The notes below the pieces were generated by a model. That model was not told the DNA's origin. It saw nothing but the letters and a program-made list of their open reading frames with translations, and did not search any database. DNA of 63,451 nt, the filler included, from Sphacelaria rigidula (lineage: Eukaryota): assembly GCA_964200075.2 (NCBI GenBank). It is 4 parts of 4 records of this genome, joined end to end, with 100 filler letters (N's around TTAATTAATTAA, not from the genome) between each part and the next. Parts side by side here need not be neighbours in the genome. Positions count along the whole stretch, not along the records: positions 31,781 to 47,566 come from CAXNAA020001591.1; positions 47,667 to 63,451 come from CAXNAA020001592.1; 2 more parts are not named here. One strand, 5' to 3'. The position numbers were made by a program, and so were the translations under genes. Below, piece by piece: positions 35,950 through 49,673 of this stretch (its first letter is position 1; every line of letters begins with the position of its first letter).

Positions 35950-38900
35950 AACAACCTGCATCCCCGTCGAGTTTTGATGCGTACCTCGACGACCCCCCCG
36001 GAAGTTGCACCCTGTGGCCCCAGGAGAGGGTGGTGTGTCCTACGTGTGGCAGACGAGGCAGGTTTTACTGTCCTGATTGCGTGCGCTTCGTGGGGAAGCC
36101 AGACGGGGTCGAAACGCCCCAAAATTTACGTTTGCCTCTTCAGGTCAGGTTTGTCTAGAGATAGGAGCCCGTGTCCGTTCTGCAACGGTTGATTATCGCA
36201 GCCGTCAAAGTACGTCAATCTTGTTATCGGGACCATAGCGCAGGACCTCACATCGCGTCGTATTTCAAGGCCGGGCACAGAATTGGGGCCGGTCGTCGTT
36301 GACTCGGGACATCGCGTGTTTTGACGTAACGCTGTGCCACATGACAACGCCCGTACCGCGGCAACTTTGCTGCGCACCAACAAGCGACCTGGGGGCCAAA
36401 ACATGTCGCGACTGTCTGCCACACGGCCAGAGCTGTCGCTGACACGTCGCAGTGTCGACGACAGTTTCCGCACTGTCGGCGCATCTGATGTTGTCGGCGG
36501 CTCTGTCAAATCCTACCCCTAATCCTTACCCTAACCCTACACTATCGGAGTAATCGGAACTGTCGGCGACACTGCCAATGCTATCGGCAATACTCCGACG
36601 ACGTCGCCGACAGTTCTATCGCCGACGATAAAGATGATGCCGCCGATAGCACCGACGGTTCCCATCGTTCCGACGATGTCGGGAGTGCAGAAATTAGTGG
36701 CAGTAGCGGCGACAGTACAGTAAGTGTGGCAGACAATGTGGGAAACGGTTACCGATGGTGTCGAAAACGTTGCCGACAGCATCCATGGAGTTGGCGACAT
36801 ATTCGACACTGCCGGCGACATATTTGACGCCTCCGGCGACACGTCCGACGCTGTCGCCCATTTAGTTTAATTATGCGACGCCTTGGGTGCCAATGGCTAC
36901 TATTCGCACCTCGTTATGCCGCTCGTATGTTATCAATTTTCCAAGGGCAGGTCGAGTAGAGTATCCTCAAGAGCGGGGTATTTTGAAAGTCCTACTTGAA
37001 GTACACAAATTGAGGGTAGGGTTTTAGGAATCGCTTTCCAGTTGTTTTTTGGGTACGACTCCTGACACTCTGCCCTAATTTGAGTACCTCAAGTGCGTCT
37101 TTCAAAGTGCCCCGCAATCAAGGTTACTCTACTCGACCTGTCCTTGCAATTTTCTCGTCTCCGTGTTGAATGCGTGTTTATTTATTGGCATCATCACAAC
37201 AGTCTGTCGTTGCAACTTGGGCGTCAGTGGCTGGAATTCGAATCTCTCATGCCGCTCGTATGATGCCGACTTTTCCCTCTCCGTACTAAATGTGTGTTCA
37301 GTGCGCTGAGTGTAGGCAGGTCGCGAATTTAGAACGTAAACCCTTTTCACCCTGTGCCCTACGTACCACAGGTGGACATGATTGTTACGCACCAAGAAAG
37401 GAGGCGTTCTTCCGGGATACACGTCGCCGTCGTTGCTCCGCAGGTTCGGGGTTCTACTATTATTATAGCGCGAGAATGTAGTTATCCAAAAGGCCAAGAA
37501 CAGGGCTTACTTTTTATGAACAGGCAAGGATGGCCAGTGAGGGCAGATTCTTCGATAGACGATATTGCACTGCTAACCCTGCTTTTCTTTTTGTGTCTGC
37601 CCTTGTTGGTCGGGATGGCAACGTTTGAGGATACGTATGAAAGGCAGGACCGGTGATGTCGCGACTACTGACAGCCTTCTGTGTGCAAAGAACAGTGCGC
37701 TTTACGCGAGCTACAAAAAAGTTCACGTCGGCGGCAAGCCTTTTTTTCCGTGTCTACCGTACATGCCTTCCATCGTGAAGCTCCCAAGATGAGATGAAAT
37801 TGTGTGGACTGCCTGCTCTTTGATTCACATATTCTCATCCATAATACACCGATAATTACAAAAACTACAGTCAACTTCGAAGCAGGCGTTTCATTACGCG
37901 TCTACTGTGACCTTGTCCGTCGACTTCAATACTCTGATATCAAGTCCATGTGTTCTGGCGCCTCTGGAATTCACGGCGTCCGACCTGTGCGCAATTGCAG
38001 TGGTTCTGTTGAGGTTTCCACACCAGCTTTCATGGCGTATGGTCTTTTCCACTGCCGCGGGATGTACTAATAACGCAACAAAACCGTTTCTCTGTGGCGT
38101 ATTTTACGTGGCTTGACTCGTGAATTCCCCCTTTATTTAGTCAGTTCGAGTGGTTCCCTTCGGAAATTCAGACGATGATCTGCCGCAGTATAACCCTGGG
38201 TCGGATTTGGTCGTGTTTCCAAGCAAGGATTCGGCCTGCTGGGACGAGCTCTCCAAGGAGGAACTGGCCGCCGCCCGTCGAATAATCCTTGTCGATAGCA
38301 GGTACCACTCCAGCACACGGCCGTGTCTATTGGATTGTTTCGTGTGCTACGAAGGCGTCACCTTTAAGCGTGTTCACCTATCCTGAACCTCTGAGGTTGG
38401 AAGGGGTAATGTCAGACATGTGCAGAAGACTCCTATGCGACTTCTCCTTGAGCTACCCCTACCTATCCGACAATTTGGACTACATGGTACTATGCTTCCA
38501 CTATCCCGTGTCGACCCTGTACGTGGGAGAGTATCCCTACCACCCCTCTGTGCCACCTCGCCTACCTTCCGCGTTCTCTTAATCAGACGTATGATCATTA
38601 TTACATCGCTCCAATACAGGTGGGAAAACACTAGCGCAGTTGTAAATCATCCCAAGTTGAAAGGTCTCCGGCACGTGCGCATCCGTGCTCCACCGCCGTG
38701 CAGCCGCTTCTGGAGGTGGCACATCTCTGGTGAAGGTCACATTTGCACGGCCGAAGGTGAGCAAAGCAGCGAGGAGCCTTTTACGTTCATACAGTCCCTC
38801 TGACAGCAGTAGAATGCTGCAGAGGTTTGTGAAGACGTTCCCTGCACTGCAAGTCGTGGTGTGCGGAGGAACGGCAGTGACCATGTTGGGCATTCGTGGA

Positions 38901-41668
38901 TTTCATTCAGCACACGCGGCGGAATTTCTGCATACAACAATTATCAGGTATCGTTCGCGTTCCGTTCCGAGTTCGTTCAGTTGTCCCGTCGTACGTGCTT
39001 CCGTTTTGCTTATTTCGAAATTTTTTTTCATGAGTTGGCATGATTTTTCGAACGTTGTGTTTGTGCTGCTCATCTTGGGCGTGCCAGCGACGTACTTCGC
39101 GTTGAAGGAGTTCGAAGCCGTGGCCGGAGTTTCAACCGAGGGTGGACGGTTAGAAGACGTCATATTTCTCTTCGCACTGATGCACTCCAGGATAAAGGTG
39201 CAGTGCAGTAGAACGTCACACGACAAGCAGTATTTTAGGTGGAATCAAGTTACATCAAGATTCACCGTAATCTTTTGATCGATTGATTTGATTGTCGCAC
39301 TTTGTATGAACATGGGTTATGTACGCCAGAGTGATCAATGGAAACGTTGCATTCCGTTGACCCGCCTTGACTACCTTCTCGGTGATCGGACTCACAGACA
39401 TTCGTTATCGTGTCGTCTTTGTGCTCGCTGAGTCGCCGGACCCCTGGTGTGCGATTAGATTGGCGTGCAACATAGCTCTCCCTGAGCCGACGAGATCGAG
39501 CCGTTTGTGTTCAACCACGTGGTACTAAAATGGGGGCGCCGCCTTCGTTTTTTTCCCGTCCTTTGCCAGTGTTGCCGCTGTTCAATCATTCCATCGGAGC
39601 ATTGAGGGTTTGATTCGGAACCAGCACCAAGATAACGATCGAACGAAAGATTACCGAGCGGTCCGCCGCTGTGGCGTTTCTGTCGATGTCGTCCATGCTG
39701 CCGTAGCGTCCATCCCCTCGCTGGTGTAGTATGGCCGCCGTGACGACTCCCTCAACTCGTCTCCAGGTTGGTTCTTCGGCATGAAATATTCGATTGCCAG
39801 TTAATACAGATGCAAGGTTGATCTCACTCCACTTCTTCACGATAACGTACAGCAGCAAGCACCTGTTTACCCTGCCGCTTTCCACACCTCGTTGAATTAT
39901 CTTGAACGGCGAATTTTGGCAATCACTGTTCACACGTGAGGTTTCACGGTTCGAACGAATCATCCCCGAAACAAATCACCAAATCGACGATTTTTCAGGC
40001 CTGATTGCTCAACAAAGAGAAAAACGTTTCCCGGTGGTCAAAAAGTCTCCACGCAATTTTTGCGCCATTCCACGTGCCTGGGCTGCGCGTACCTGGGTTG
40101 CAACGCTGAAAACAAAGCCTAAGGATTGATTGATTCGTACGGTACGAATCAATCACACTAAAAATCAAGTAATTTCCAGACGGATCATTATTTTATCCGA
40201 CCCGTGAGAGGTTTTCCAGGCTGTGATCCCCACCTCCTTTACTGTCAACTCCCAACCCGTACCCGGCAACACCACCCTGACGAGTGTTGAGCATTTCACT
40301 CGTTGAGGTGTGTGATGCATAGCTTGCCGAATACGTCCGAGGCGAGGAGAGGAAGCGCCGGCCTCACGTTCATTCTTCCTCACAGCAAGCGCCCCGGTGA
40401 TCGTTTTTGCATGGCTCGCGATGCTTGCAACGACCATGTCTGATGCGCGTCAGCTGATGAAAGGTGTTCTGCTATTCGTTGGACAAAATTGGGGAGAACG
40501 TTATTGTGTCAAAGGTTGCGCTAGTGAGAGCACAAGCTTTGCCAGCTCGGAGTAATGTGGATGGTGTGCATTCAAGTCGGCCCCCGGCTGCTGCCGATAG
40601 TTCTTGCGTCCAGACTACCTTCCGCGAGGCACATGCTCGTAGTTTCCCTCGTGAAGTCTATCTAGTTCATGATGCATACCTTTCGTCGAAACTGTATGGC
40701 AGCGTTACTCGACGTCGATCCCTCGATCAAGAGGGGTGTAATGTTTGCTCTGACCTCCGTTATGTACAGGTTCTGCGGCCGTTGAATCGTTCGATCGCGT
40801 TGATGTGGGTTGATGGATAGCGACCAGTAACAAGTCAGCCTCCTCGCGTGTGTGTCACTACGTGGATTTTGCGATAGTTAGCTCTTCACCACTGTGCCCC
40901 GATGGTCTAACTGGCGCTTCTGAAGCCGCTTAAGGCCGAAAGTTGAGGTTTCCAACCCTGATATACGCGGTTTTTGCTGAGATTCATCCGATTTTCGTTG
41001 CTGAAATCATGGGGATATGAACACTGAAGGATATTTATTTGACGAGAGTCGACGCGGTGTAGGACTGGAAGTCCAATTCGCGATACCAAAATGGCTTTCA
41101 TTATCTGTCATTTTTTCTTGTGTCCAGGAAGCTTACGCAAAGGAACCTGCAAAGGCGGGGCAAGCCGAGCCGTCCTCGGAAGCTGCGAAACGGGTGAGAT
41201 TGTGGGGACGGATTATGCATCCGCGGCAGTGCGCCAAAGAAGGCACGCGCACACCAACTCACCTGATGTTTTTTCAACCCGATGGTCGTTTAAGTCGTTG
41301 AGTCTTTTATGTTTCATGTACGTCCCTCTTCGTCATCACAGGACCGGAGGCCGTCGTGACTCCTATCCGGGCAACAATTCAGAAACTGGCTTAGGAATCA
41401 AGTGCACTCCTGACCGTCGTTCTTTTGGCTCTTGTTGCCGATAAATGCATCGACTCTTAACCGCTCCCCCAATCCCGCCTCCTGCTCGGACTTGCATTGT
41501 GGGGCCCAATTGAATATCGCTATATCTACAAAGCGCCGTCGCGTGCGAAGCGTGAGGCTAGACAGCTTGGTGAAAGCAAAGTACAAGGGGCTCGAGGATG
41601 TCAGGGCGCGGGAGGGGGACCACGCCGCCATGGAGGAGTTTATCAGACGACGTCGAGGGTTGAGGTGA
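35887..41668 (+). CDS. DTWD1: DTW-domain protein, DTWD1-like tRNA-uridine aminocarboxypropyltransferase; exons 35887-36143, 37372-37443, 38141-38301, 38620-38756, 39088-39197, 41128-41193, 41534-41668 (start exon not resolved)
   Basis: All junctions GT-AG and phase-compatible to TGA 41668. Motifs in DTWD1 order: CPTCGRRGRFYCPDC zinc ribbon, LRLPLQ-VDMIVTH...SSGIHVAVVAP, LVVFPSKDS, IILVDSRW, RFWRWH...ICTAEATYF, LEDVIFLF. Confidence 0.88.
35919..35954 (+). repeat. CAG/CAA repeat encoding Q12 in the DTWD1-like N-terminal region
   Basis: Seen directly, in frame with the zinc-ribbon exon. Confidence 0.9.
36226..36895. repeat. Intronic repeat element dense in GCCGAC/GTCGGC motifs, with internal inverted repeat and a CCCTAA-like core at about 36517-36539
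   Basis: ACTGTCTGCCACAC versus GTGTGGCAGACAAT inverted pair; CCCTAATCCTTACCCTAACCCTA; boundaries approximate. Confidence 0.55.
36942..37146. mobile_element. hAT-family MITE (205 bp) in a DTWD1 intron
   Basis: Perfect 8-bp TSD CAATTTTC on both sides; about 48-bp TIR CAAGG(G/A)CAGGTCGAGTAGAGTA. Confidence 0.9.
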
Positions 41669-43229
41669 GAAGTAACTCCGTATATAGTGGGTAGTTGCTG
41701 CTGCAAACCACCAAACACCGCACAATATCGTTGAACTTTTACAAATGTAGTAGTAGGCGATTACTTTCAATTGGCTACCGCTGGTGCTTACTACTGCCAC
41801 GACTACTACTGTCGCAGTACAGTACTAAAGAAGAGGATAGTAAAAGCTCGTATTTCCCTACTTCTTTTCAAATGTGTTCTTGCATTTTCCAAAAAGCACA
41901 GCGATGTTATGGTCATTTACCGCGATAAATACGCACGCGTGCTCGTAAACGACTGCCTCTTGGGGATGTACCGGTGTGAGGGTTACGGACAGAGCTCTCG
42001 ACCAATCCTTGACTCTCAGGGACCTTATGAATCGTGCGGTCAGAGCAAATACATCGAACCGAGGGCTTCAAACACTTGTTCCAGTTGCGTTTGTCTCAGG
42101 CTCGCTTCCTCAGAAGCAACATTAGAAATAACTTCCGGGGAGATCCAAGATAGGGGGTAGCATAAGGACCGTGACTTCTTTCGATATCGTGGATCGTTTC
42201 CCAAGTTACTGGGGAGTGACCTGAACGACGAATTATGCAGTCAATGCGCCCTTAGCAAACGTGTTCTCTTGATGGGACAAAAATACCGTGTATCAGTGTC
42301 TCAAGAATTTCTGATGAAAACAAGTACCGGCCATTTAGTGGAATATTTTTCGTTCTTACAATAGACGCGTTTATGTATATTCTCTGGATGTTATCCGACT
42401 GGAACCGTACGCACAGGACAGTCTCTCCAAGTAAGGGCGTTCATGGTTGGACGGGGTGTATTGAGTGAACAGCCTGCCGTTTAGGTTTGAGCTGTGAAAT
42501 CTGAAACAGAGTTCCGCATCTGTAGATAAGGTATGAATCTCAATTCCATGTCGCAGAATTTTTTCTTGGTTGCTGTTAGTGATAGATTGACCCTCGAAGC
42601 TTGGAAACACGACAAGTGGCTGCAGCGACACGACATGATGGGCGATTGAACACAACTCGACACTGGCCCCGTGCTTCAATTTCTAGGCTCCACCATGATG
42701 GTGACGATACTGTAGGAGCTGTCGCAATAATTGTTCAAACTTGCCACAGTGAGAGAAAAAAAAGTCGTGCTACCCTTGCAAAGAGTTGTTATTTCCCTTG
42801 CCGAGCTGCAGTGTGTGTGCTATTACTTATAGCAATCGTTTCCCCTTCTGGGGCTGAATATTAGGCGAGAAACCGCTCCGTTGCGATTTCTTTGTTCATC
42901 CGCCGTAGAACGTTCCCGTGTTTTACCGGTGAAGTAGGCATTGTAATCATTGCATCGACACTATAGCCCTGCTATCGTCAAGCCGCGCAGTCATTTTCCC
43001 GCGAAGGCTCAGCCGCGCTTCGTGACCTATACGTTTCCCCGCGGCGATACCCCCCCGCCCCGCGTGTCTTACAGCGTATATGCGGGCAGGGGCTCCGATT
43101 CAAGTCCGACAGAGGGTGCATTCGGAACTGGTTCGGGAAACGTGGACGGCGTACTGGAACGGTGACTTTTGCTAAGTTATTAAATAAGCACGCGGCGTTG
43201 GGCAACTTGGCAGCATTTTTCGACGCCGA

Positions 43230-46200
43230 CGCTCAACAGCGGTATAGGGGAAGAATTTTTCCCGTCGCACAAAGTTGTTGGTACAATATTTGCTGTGGCC
43301 GCTCCAAATGTCGTCAAAGGCAACTGGTGTAGGTTGCAACATAGACCATGTAGGTAGGAAACGGGGGGATACGTCCCCGCAGTTCACTGGTTGTAAATTG
43401 ATGTGCGACGGATGCGTGCGTGGGTGGATACTACGACATACGAGGGACGGATTCCCACAATTTTCTGTTGAGAACTCATAACCTGCTACACATGCGTATA
43501 TCATGTATGCAAGAGTGTACATGAATGTTATGCTGTCCCATCCGACCAATCAAGTGTAAGCAACTGTCCGTGCGGATGACATGTCAGCAATTCAATCGAA
43601 ACGAGGCCGGCGGGAAAATTCTGCGACGCTCACGGGGTGCTACTCTTCAGGCAAACAAGAGCAAGTATCAGACCGTGTCTTCATGGGAGGAAAATGCCCA
43701 TGAATATAGCTCCCAAACGAAGCACGACTATTTGTCACCGCGATACATTCCCCCCTGAATCAAATGCCTCAAATCTTATTTGTCTGCTTCCCAGATTATC
43801 TTGCAGCAATCATTTTTGAAACATAAAAATATGTTGGGACTGTTGGGCAAAACGAAATCCTCAAAATGGAGTATCGAACGGTGGCGCTGTAGCCCTCTGT
43901 ATGATGCACGCCTGGCACACGGCGCGCATCTTATGCACATAAACGCATCATTTTTCTGACCCCCACCGCCTCCAGGATGAGCATGACATAACTCGAGCCG
44001 TGGTTGTACAATGTCAGTACCCTAGATACTTGTCAAGACCTTGAGAGCCAATTGCTCCCCAAGCTTCACGCAGCCCCTCTTCCTCAAAACATGAGACCGT
44101 CAACGTGCACGACAAGCGTGACCACCACGTCTCGACTGTTCCTTATCAGTCTGCGCTGAGACATTTCTCTGACAACCATTGCTTGGAACCGCGTTCCTTC
44201 GGGTTGTTCGCCAGCTTGGCATCCCAAGATCTTCCAGGTTGTTTTGAACCATGTAGCGATTTGATCATCCTTGCATCTCGGTCTGGGAGGTCGACAGATC
44301 CAGCGGCCACCCCAACATGAAGTTTCCCCTCCAATGTGATTTGACGAAGCTTGGATGTTCTTCTATCGGACTCATCAGTCCCAACAGCACGTGCGGTTAG
44401 TTGCGAGTTTGCTGCCGCTTACACTCCAGCGCCCGTAGCTCAGGCATTGGGCAATCATCCCCCGTCTCGCGGTTGATGTTGTCAAACTAGTCTCATCAGT
44501 CTCCGTAGACACGGTGCCCATCATCGTGATGAAGGCGAGTGTATTGTCGGGCGCGCCCGAGCGCAACCGGCTCAGATGCAGGGGTGCTCTTCCCCGCTTC
44601 GCTTCGGTGCTGATGCCGACCTGACCATCAATCGCTGCTGTCTGCCCTGGTCGAAGGTTCATCAGCCGAGGGCGAGCCATTTCCTTCTCTGCTCGGACAC
44701 TCGTTAGTCGGCGTAGTCTCGACAAAATGAGCGGGTAGTAGCAGAGTCGAAGTCGACGTCGACGTCGGAATCGATGGTTTCTCCTCAGTGGAACCGTCGC
44801 CGGTGTCGTGCATGATACTCTTGTCTGGCCACTGCGCGGGCCGTGCATCAGCGGCAGTCTGCGCGTATGCACGGGTCACGGGCACAGCGATGCATAGGCC
44901 TTCGTTTCTTGCGCATCTTTTTTGTCGGAGTTTCCTTGCCTGCCAAAAAACCTGCCAAGACTCCCTCTACCGCGACGAAGAATAAACCTCTTGCCGCATG
45001 GATACAGACGAATGGCGACATGTGACATCGCGGCTTCTCATCACATGTTCGTCCTTGGTCAGCACTCGCGTCGAGTCTCAGGGTGGTTGCATCCGGATTC
45101 GAAATAGGAGCACCGTTGCACCTTGGGTCGTTAATTTCGAGGTACTATTTCTTTGGTGGTGCCCTGGCTTGGAAAATAGAAGAGCATTGGTGGTGAGACT
45201 TCGCCGTGGAACATTTCGTTTAGATATTCCTCTCGTGAGTTGGCAATGGTGGCGGGTGTCTCTAGGTCGTTGGCCATCTGTTGATGGACTTAGTCGACAA
45301 TGATTATGCCACAGTAGTTCATTAAATTGCTTCTTATGTACAGGCTGGCATCGCTGCTGATTCTACTTGTATCACCACTAGCCCTACTACACCGTTACAC
45401 GCAGATGAATTCTTGACTAGTACTACGACTCACGTGCAAGTCTCTAGAATTCCTTACAAACTCCGGCCAGATTCGCCACATGAATACCCTTGCGGTGAAA
45501 GGGATCCCGTCTGCTCTTGACGTGTGCCGATGACTGCTCCAAATGTGTCCCAATTTGTTCTATGCAAAGTACACACAAATTTGCCGGAAGAACACAATTT
45601 TCCCGGGAGAAGTCACATCGAACCAACAGAGAGATGTTAAAGATGCCCGTAGTTCTCTGAGTAGTCAATTCTATTGAAAGAGAATGTATGGCGGGCGGAA
45701 AATTCCTGGTCGACGGGTGACGTCATCGAAGGCGGTGACTTCACTTTCGGCAAAAATGAAAGTTTCAGCTTGACCGTTGGTCCTGCTGACGTCATTCACC
45801 ACATTTTTTTTAATAACTAACTTAACGATGGTTGATGGATCGTGTAAGGATATACTCGACGATTCGTGGCATCATCGAACTGTGCGTGGGTATGTCTCGA
45901 AAAGACCACTCTGCACAACTTTTGGGTTACACAATAATAATACCCTGGACACACTACAACTTCCTAGCCTCACGTCTGGATGACTGCCCTAGTGTAACAC
46001 CCCCCTTTGCGGCCATTTGCCAGCGAATACCCGTGGCACTCCTGGAGTGGTCCTTGTAGGCCGACGCCCCTTTCTCTTGCCGTCTCCCGTAGTAGTACCT
46101 CATGTAAGTGACTGTTCGGTTGGTGGGGTAGATCAATATCCACGCTTCCATCGAAAGGCGGAAGTCCGGTCACACACAGCACCGGAAAAGTCATGATGAG

Positions 46201-46400
46201 ATGAGGCATTCACCACACAATTAGTTGGGGTGCGGCAAGAGGTGAAGTCCATATTCATATGCTCCTTGAATGGGCATACTTACTTCTTACCGTCATTTTA
46301 CGACCACTCATTCTCTTGTCGTCTCCCGTAGTCGTAGTAGCGGCCGCCACCCGAAGAGAAAAGAGATCATTCTCGAGATGAGGAAATGCGCAACCTTGCC
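43230..46400 (-). mobile_element. Decayed Ty1/copia retrotransposon pol (integrase, then RT, then RNase H)
   Basis: RT remnants MIKSLHGSKQPGRSWDAKL...KQWLSEKCL and VVTLVVHVDGL (YVDD equivalent) at about 44090-44370. Integrase remnants LVRCDFSR and SSACNGVV at about 45370-45640. INT-before-RT order is copia-type. Boundaries approximate, no LTRs seen. Confidence 0.7.
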
Positions 46401-47566
46401 GGGGGTCAGCTCAACCCCTTGGCCGCGAGGGTAGTCTATCTGGATCGCGCACACTTTTTAAAGGTGAAATTGAAGCCAATTCAGCAGAAGATGACCTATG
46501 CTCGCCATCGAGAGGTTGGAACGATAGTCGTGGTCACGAAGAACGGATAAGCACACATCCAGTGAGCCACATGCGTACATCGTCGTACATACTTCCTTCG
46601 GCGATGTCGTACGCACCGATGCGCGTGCACCCGCTATCCATACCTCTCGCTCCCGTGAACCTCTGCGCTCTGTAAAAGTTTTCGCAAACCCTTTCCTTGT
46701 ACCTTTATCATGGTAAACTTGCCTGTTATATCCACGGCAACAAGTGCCTCAGTGACGGTGTTCTTGCTGACCCCTGAAACCAACACCTTCGTTGTTGCCT
46801 TCGGGCCACCACCCACGTGGGGGTCAACCCATGCCTCCGCATCTTGCACACAGCCTTCGGGCAATTGCTTGTGAGTGATGCTGCGATAGGGTCTGCACTT
46901 TTGGGGCCAAAACCGGCCTGAGAAAATTCAATATCTGAGAGCATTGTGACCTCCGCCCGAACCTCAGACTGGAATTATCTCATGGGTCATGGATGCATGT
47001 TCCACCCTGAGGCTCTAAGAACTGTGGTGAGAGTCAAAGGTGATTCGACATGCCTAAATCGCGATTTCCTCTCAGGCTGCAAAAGCGCAGACCCTATCGC
47101 AGCATCACTCTTGTTCTATTGACCTACTCTGGTGATGAGCGTAACAGATTTTGGTTTCCACCACATCGAGCAGAAGCAACTGAGCCTCTGGGCAATGGGG
47201 ATGGTGTTATACCCAACGATGAGGAGATGGAAGTGAGAGTGTTGTTCCGCTGACGGGGCTCATGTGACCGCAGCCATCACCTCGTCTGCTGCCACGACTG
47301 CCGCAGAGACCGCAGACGCGGTCTGTTCCTCCAAACGTCTTGCGACCCCCCCCCCCCTCCCCCTCCCCATGTTTCTCAAGAACGAGTGCTTCCCACTAGC
47401 TGCTGTCCTGAAATGGGATTGGGAAGCGCTCCAACCCCGATGTATGGGGGGTAGAGCATAGCACCGTATGTTCATGTGAACAGGTACACTGAGTGAACAT
47501 GCACATGTGCGGATAGATTAATGCGGACGTGCGGGTACTGGTAGTCGAGTGTGTGTGACTACAGTA

Positions 47567-47666
47567 NNNNNNNNNNNNNNNNNNNNNNNNNNNNNNNNNN
47601 NNNNNNNNNNTTAATTAATTAANNNNNNNNNNNNNNNNNNNNNNNNNNNNNNNNNNNNNNNNNNNN
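47567..47666. other. Artificial contig-join spacer
   Basis: N44-TTAATTAATTAA-N44. Confidence 0.97.
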
Positions 47667-49479
47667 CTGGATCTGGGAGAACGAGTACACACGCATGAGG
47701 TGGAGAGGAGGAGTAGTCGTCAATCGTTTCGAAAAAGGAGACAAGGCGGACCCAGGAAACCAGAGAGGGATACCGCTACTGAGCACGGTAGGGAAAACAT
47801 TCCGTAAGATTCTGAACGATAGAGTAGGAACGATGCTAGAAAAGGGAGACAAAATCGACGAGGCACAAGTAGGATTCAGACCAAACGGTAGTTGCGTAAA
47901 CCGTGTGTATGTCATATGGAAAGTAGCTAATGTACTGGCTGGGGTCTCTCAGTATGAGTGCCAGGAGATACCATGGTGACAACCCACAAAGCTCCCACGT
48001 GGACAACTTCACACAGACCTAGCTATCCATCCTTGACCACCACAAAGTAGGTTTATCATAAGGAACTCACGTGTTTCATAGCCTCATGTTTTTTCTACAA
48101 GCCTCTCTCACTCAGAATAGCCGGGGCGCAGCCATAGGAGCAGAGCGTAGTGATGGCCCAGGGTAGAGACCAAGGAAAGCCGGTAACTGATTGAGGTAGG
48201 GCGACGCGGCCTGCCGCCGCGGCTAAACAACCCTAACTAATGACAGTAGCAGACGCGATAACAACGCGTCACGGAATCTAGGATCTACGAGCAGACCCGC
48301 ACAGCGTATACCTTGCAACGTCTCTGAGCTTCATCACACTAGCCCATCCTAGACGAGTCCTTATGCAGTTGAATTACATCACCTCGGCACAATGTAATTG
48401 CGCCGAGGAATTTCATAATTCAACGAGAAAGGGCTCTTCTACACTACACTCGTGCAAAAGCATAAAGCGAAGAAAAAATAAGCTCTCTCTCACACCTCTA
48501 AGAGGCGAGCATCGCTGCGATCCGACACATCATCGAACGTTCAATCCACGAAAAGGAAAAGGCTGTATCTACGTGACACTCACGCACCTATGCTGAACAA
48601 GACAACACACACGCAAGTCCATCTACAAAGTAAGGCACTAAATGGTACGCACGCGTAGACTCCATTTACCCACGGAACAAGGACGGAATGCCAGATAAGC
48701 CGGGAAAAGGGGAGGGAAAACGCAGTTGCGACAAAGCATCGCGGCAACTGCTCTGGTCGGACGTAGATCCAAGTGAGCTCCACGTCTTTGTTCGACCCCG
48801 TTCCGACACATCCGTCGCATTTAGCGAGAGTGACACCCCGCCCGTTTCCTTGGCAGGGCGTTTGAAGTAGCAAACCTGCTTTGAAAAAGGCGTGCAGCGT
48901 GAAGTACAATGCGATGGGGGGGGGGGGCTACGCAGCAACAGGGAGATAAAAGCCGGGATGCAGCCGATGTTCAGCTTAGGTGTGCTCGACGTGCGAATTC
49001 AAAACCTCCGCGGGGGTGGGCACTAGCCCATCCAAGACGACACTCAGGGTGAGGAGCCAAAGGTCGTTGGGGAGAACTTGTCGTTCAGCGCGGCGGATCG
49101 GCTATCACGTGATATGAGCGAAAACGTAGTGCCGATTAAAAGAAAAGAACAATTCTTCTGAGCGCAATACCCAACTCAAAGCAATCGTCCAGCGAAAATA
49201 CGGCCTACAATTGGGTCGGTATAAGTGGTCATTCCCGGTGGAACACTGGACCACGCGCAACGGAACGACACAAGAGAACGCACCCGTGTCGCTAGCTGAC
49301 CAGGCTGCGCTACGGGATAGGGGTAGAACAAGCAACGAATACATCCAGATGATTTGTCGAAATGCAGTAACTCACCTCAACCTAAAACAGTCGTCGGGCA
49401 TGAATACGGCCTACAACAAGGGCGGTATAAACAGCTGTACACGGTGTAACCAAGGACCCGTGCAACAAGATGATGTAAG

Positions 49480-49673
49480 GAGTCATCCTACGATAGGGGG
49501 GGGGGATATTTGGTTGCACGAAAAAAGAGGCTCATAAGTGTGTCAGACATCCTTCCACACTTGCGTTGCGCTTGTATTTGGTTCCAAACCNNNNNNNNTT
49601 CAACGACGATCTGACTCGCAATTTCGAGCAACAAATGCCCCAAAATACCCCCACCCCTATCGTAGGATGGCTC
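49480..49673. mobile_element. Sola-like MITE (GAG...CTC, TSD TAAG) inside the LTR element
   Basis: TIR GAG(T/C)CATCCTACGATAGGGG, TSD TAAG/TAAG; site is empty in the copy at about 63045-63052. Confidence 0.85.

Noticed and set aside
39586-40440. Possible DIRS/Ngaro RT-RNase H relic in a DTWD1 intron
   Set aside because: Only vague resemblance; no diagnostic motif or terminal repeats could be confirmed.
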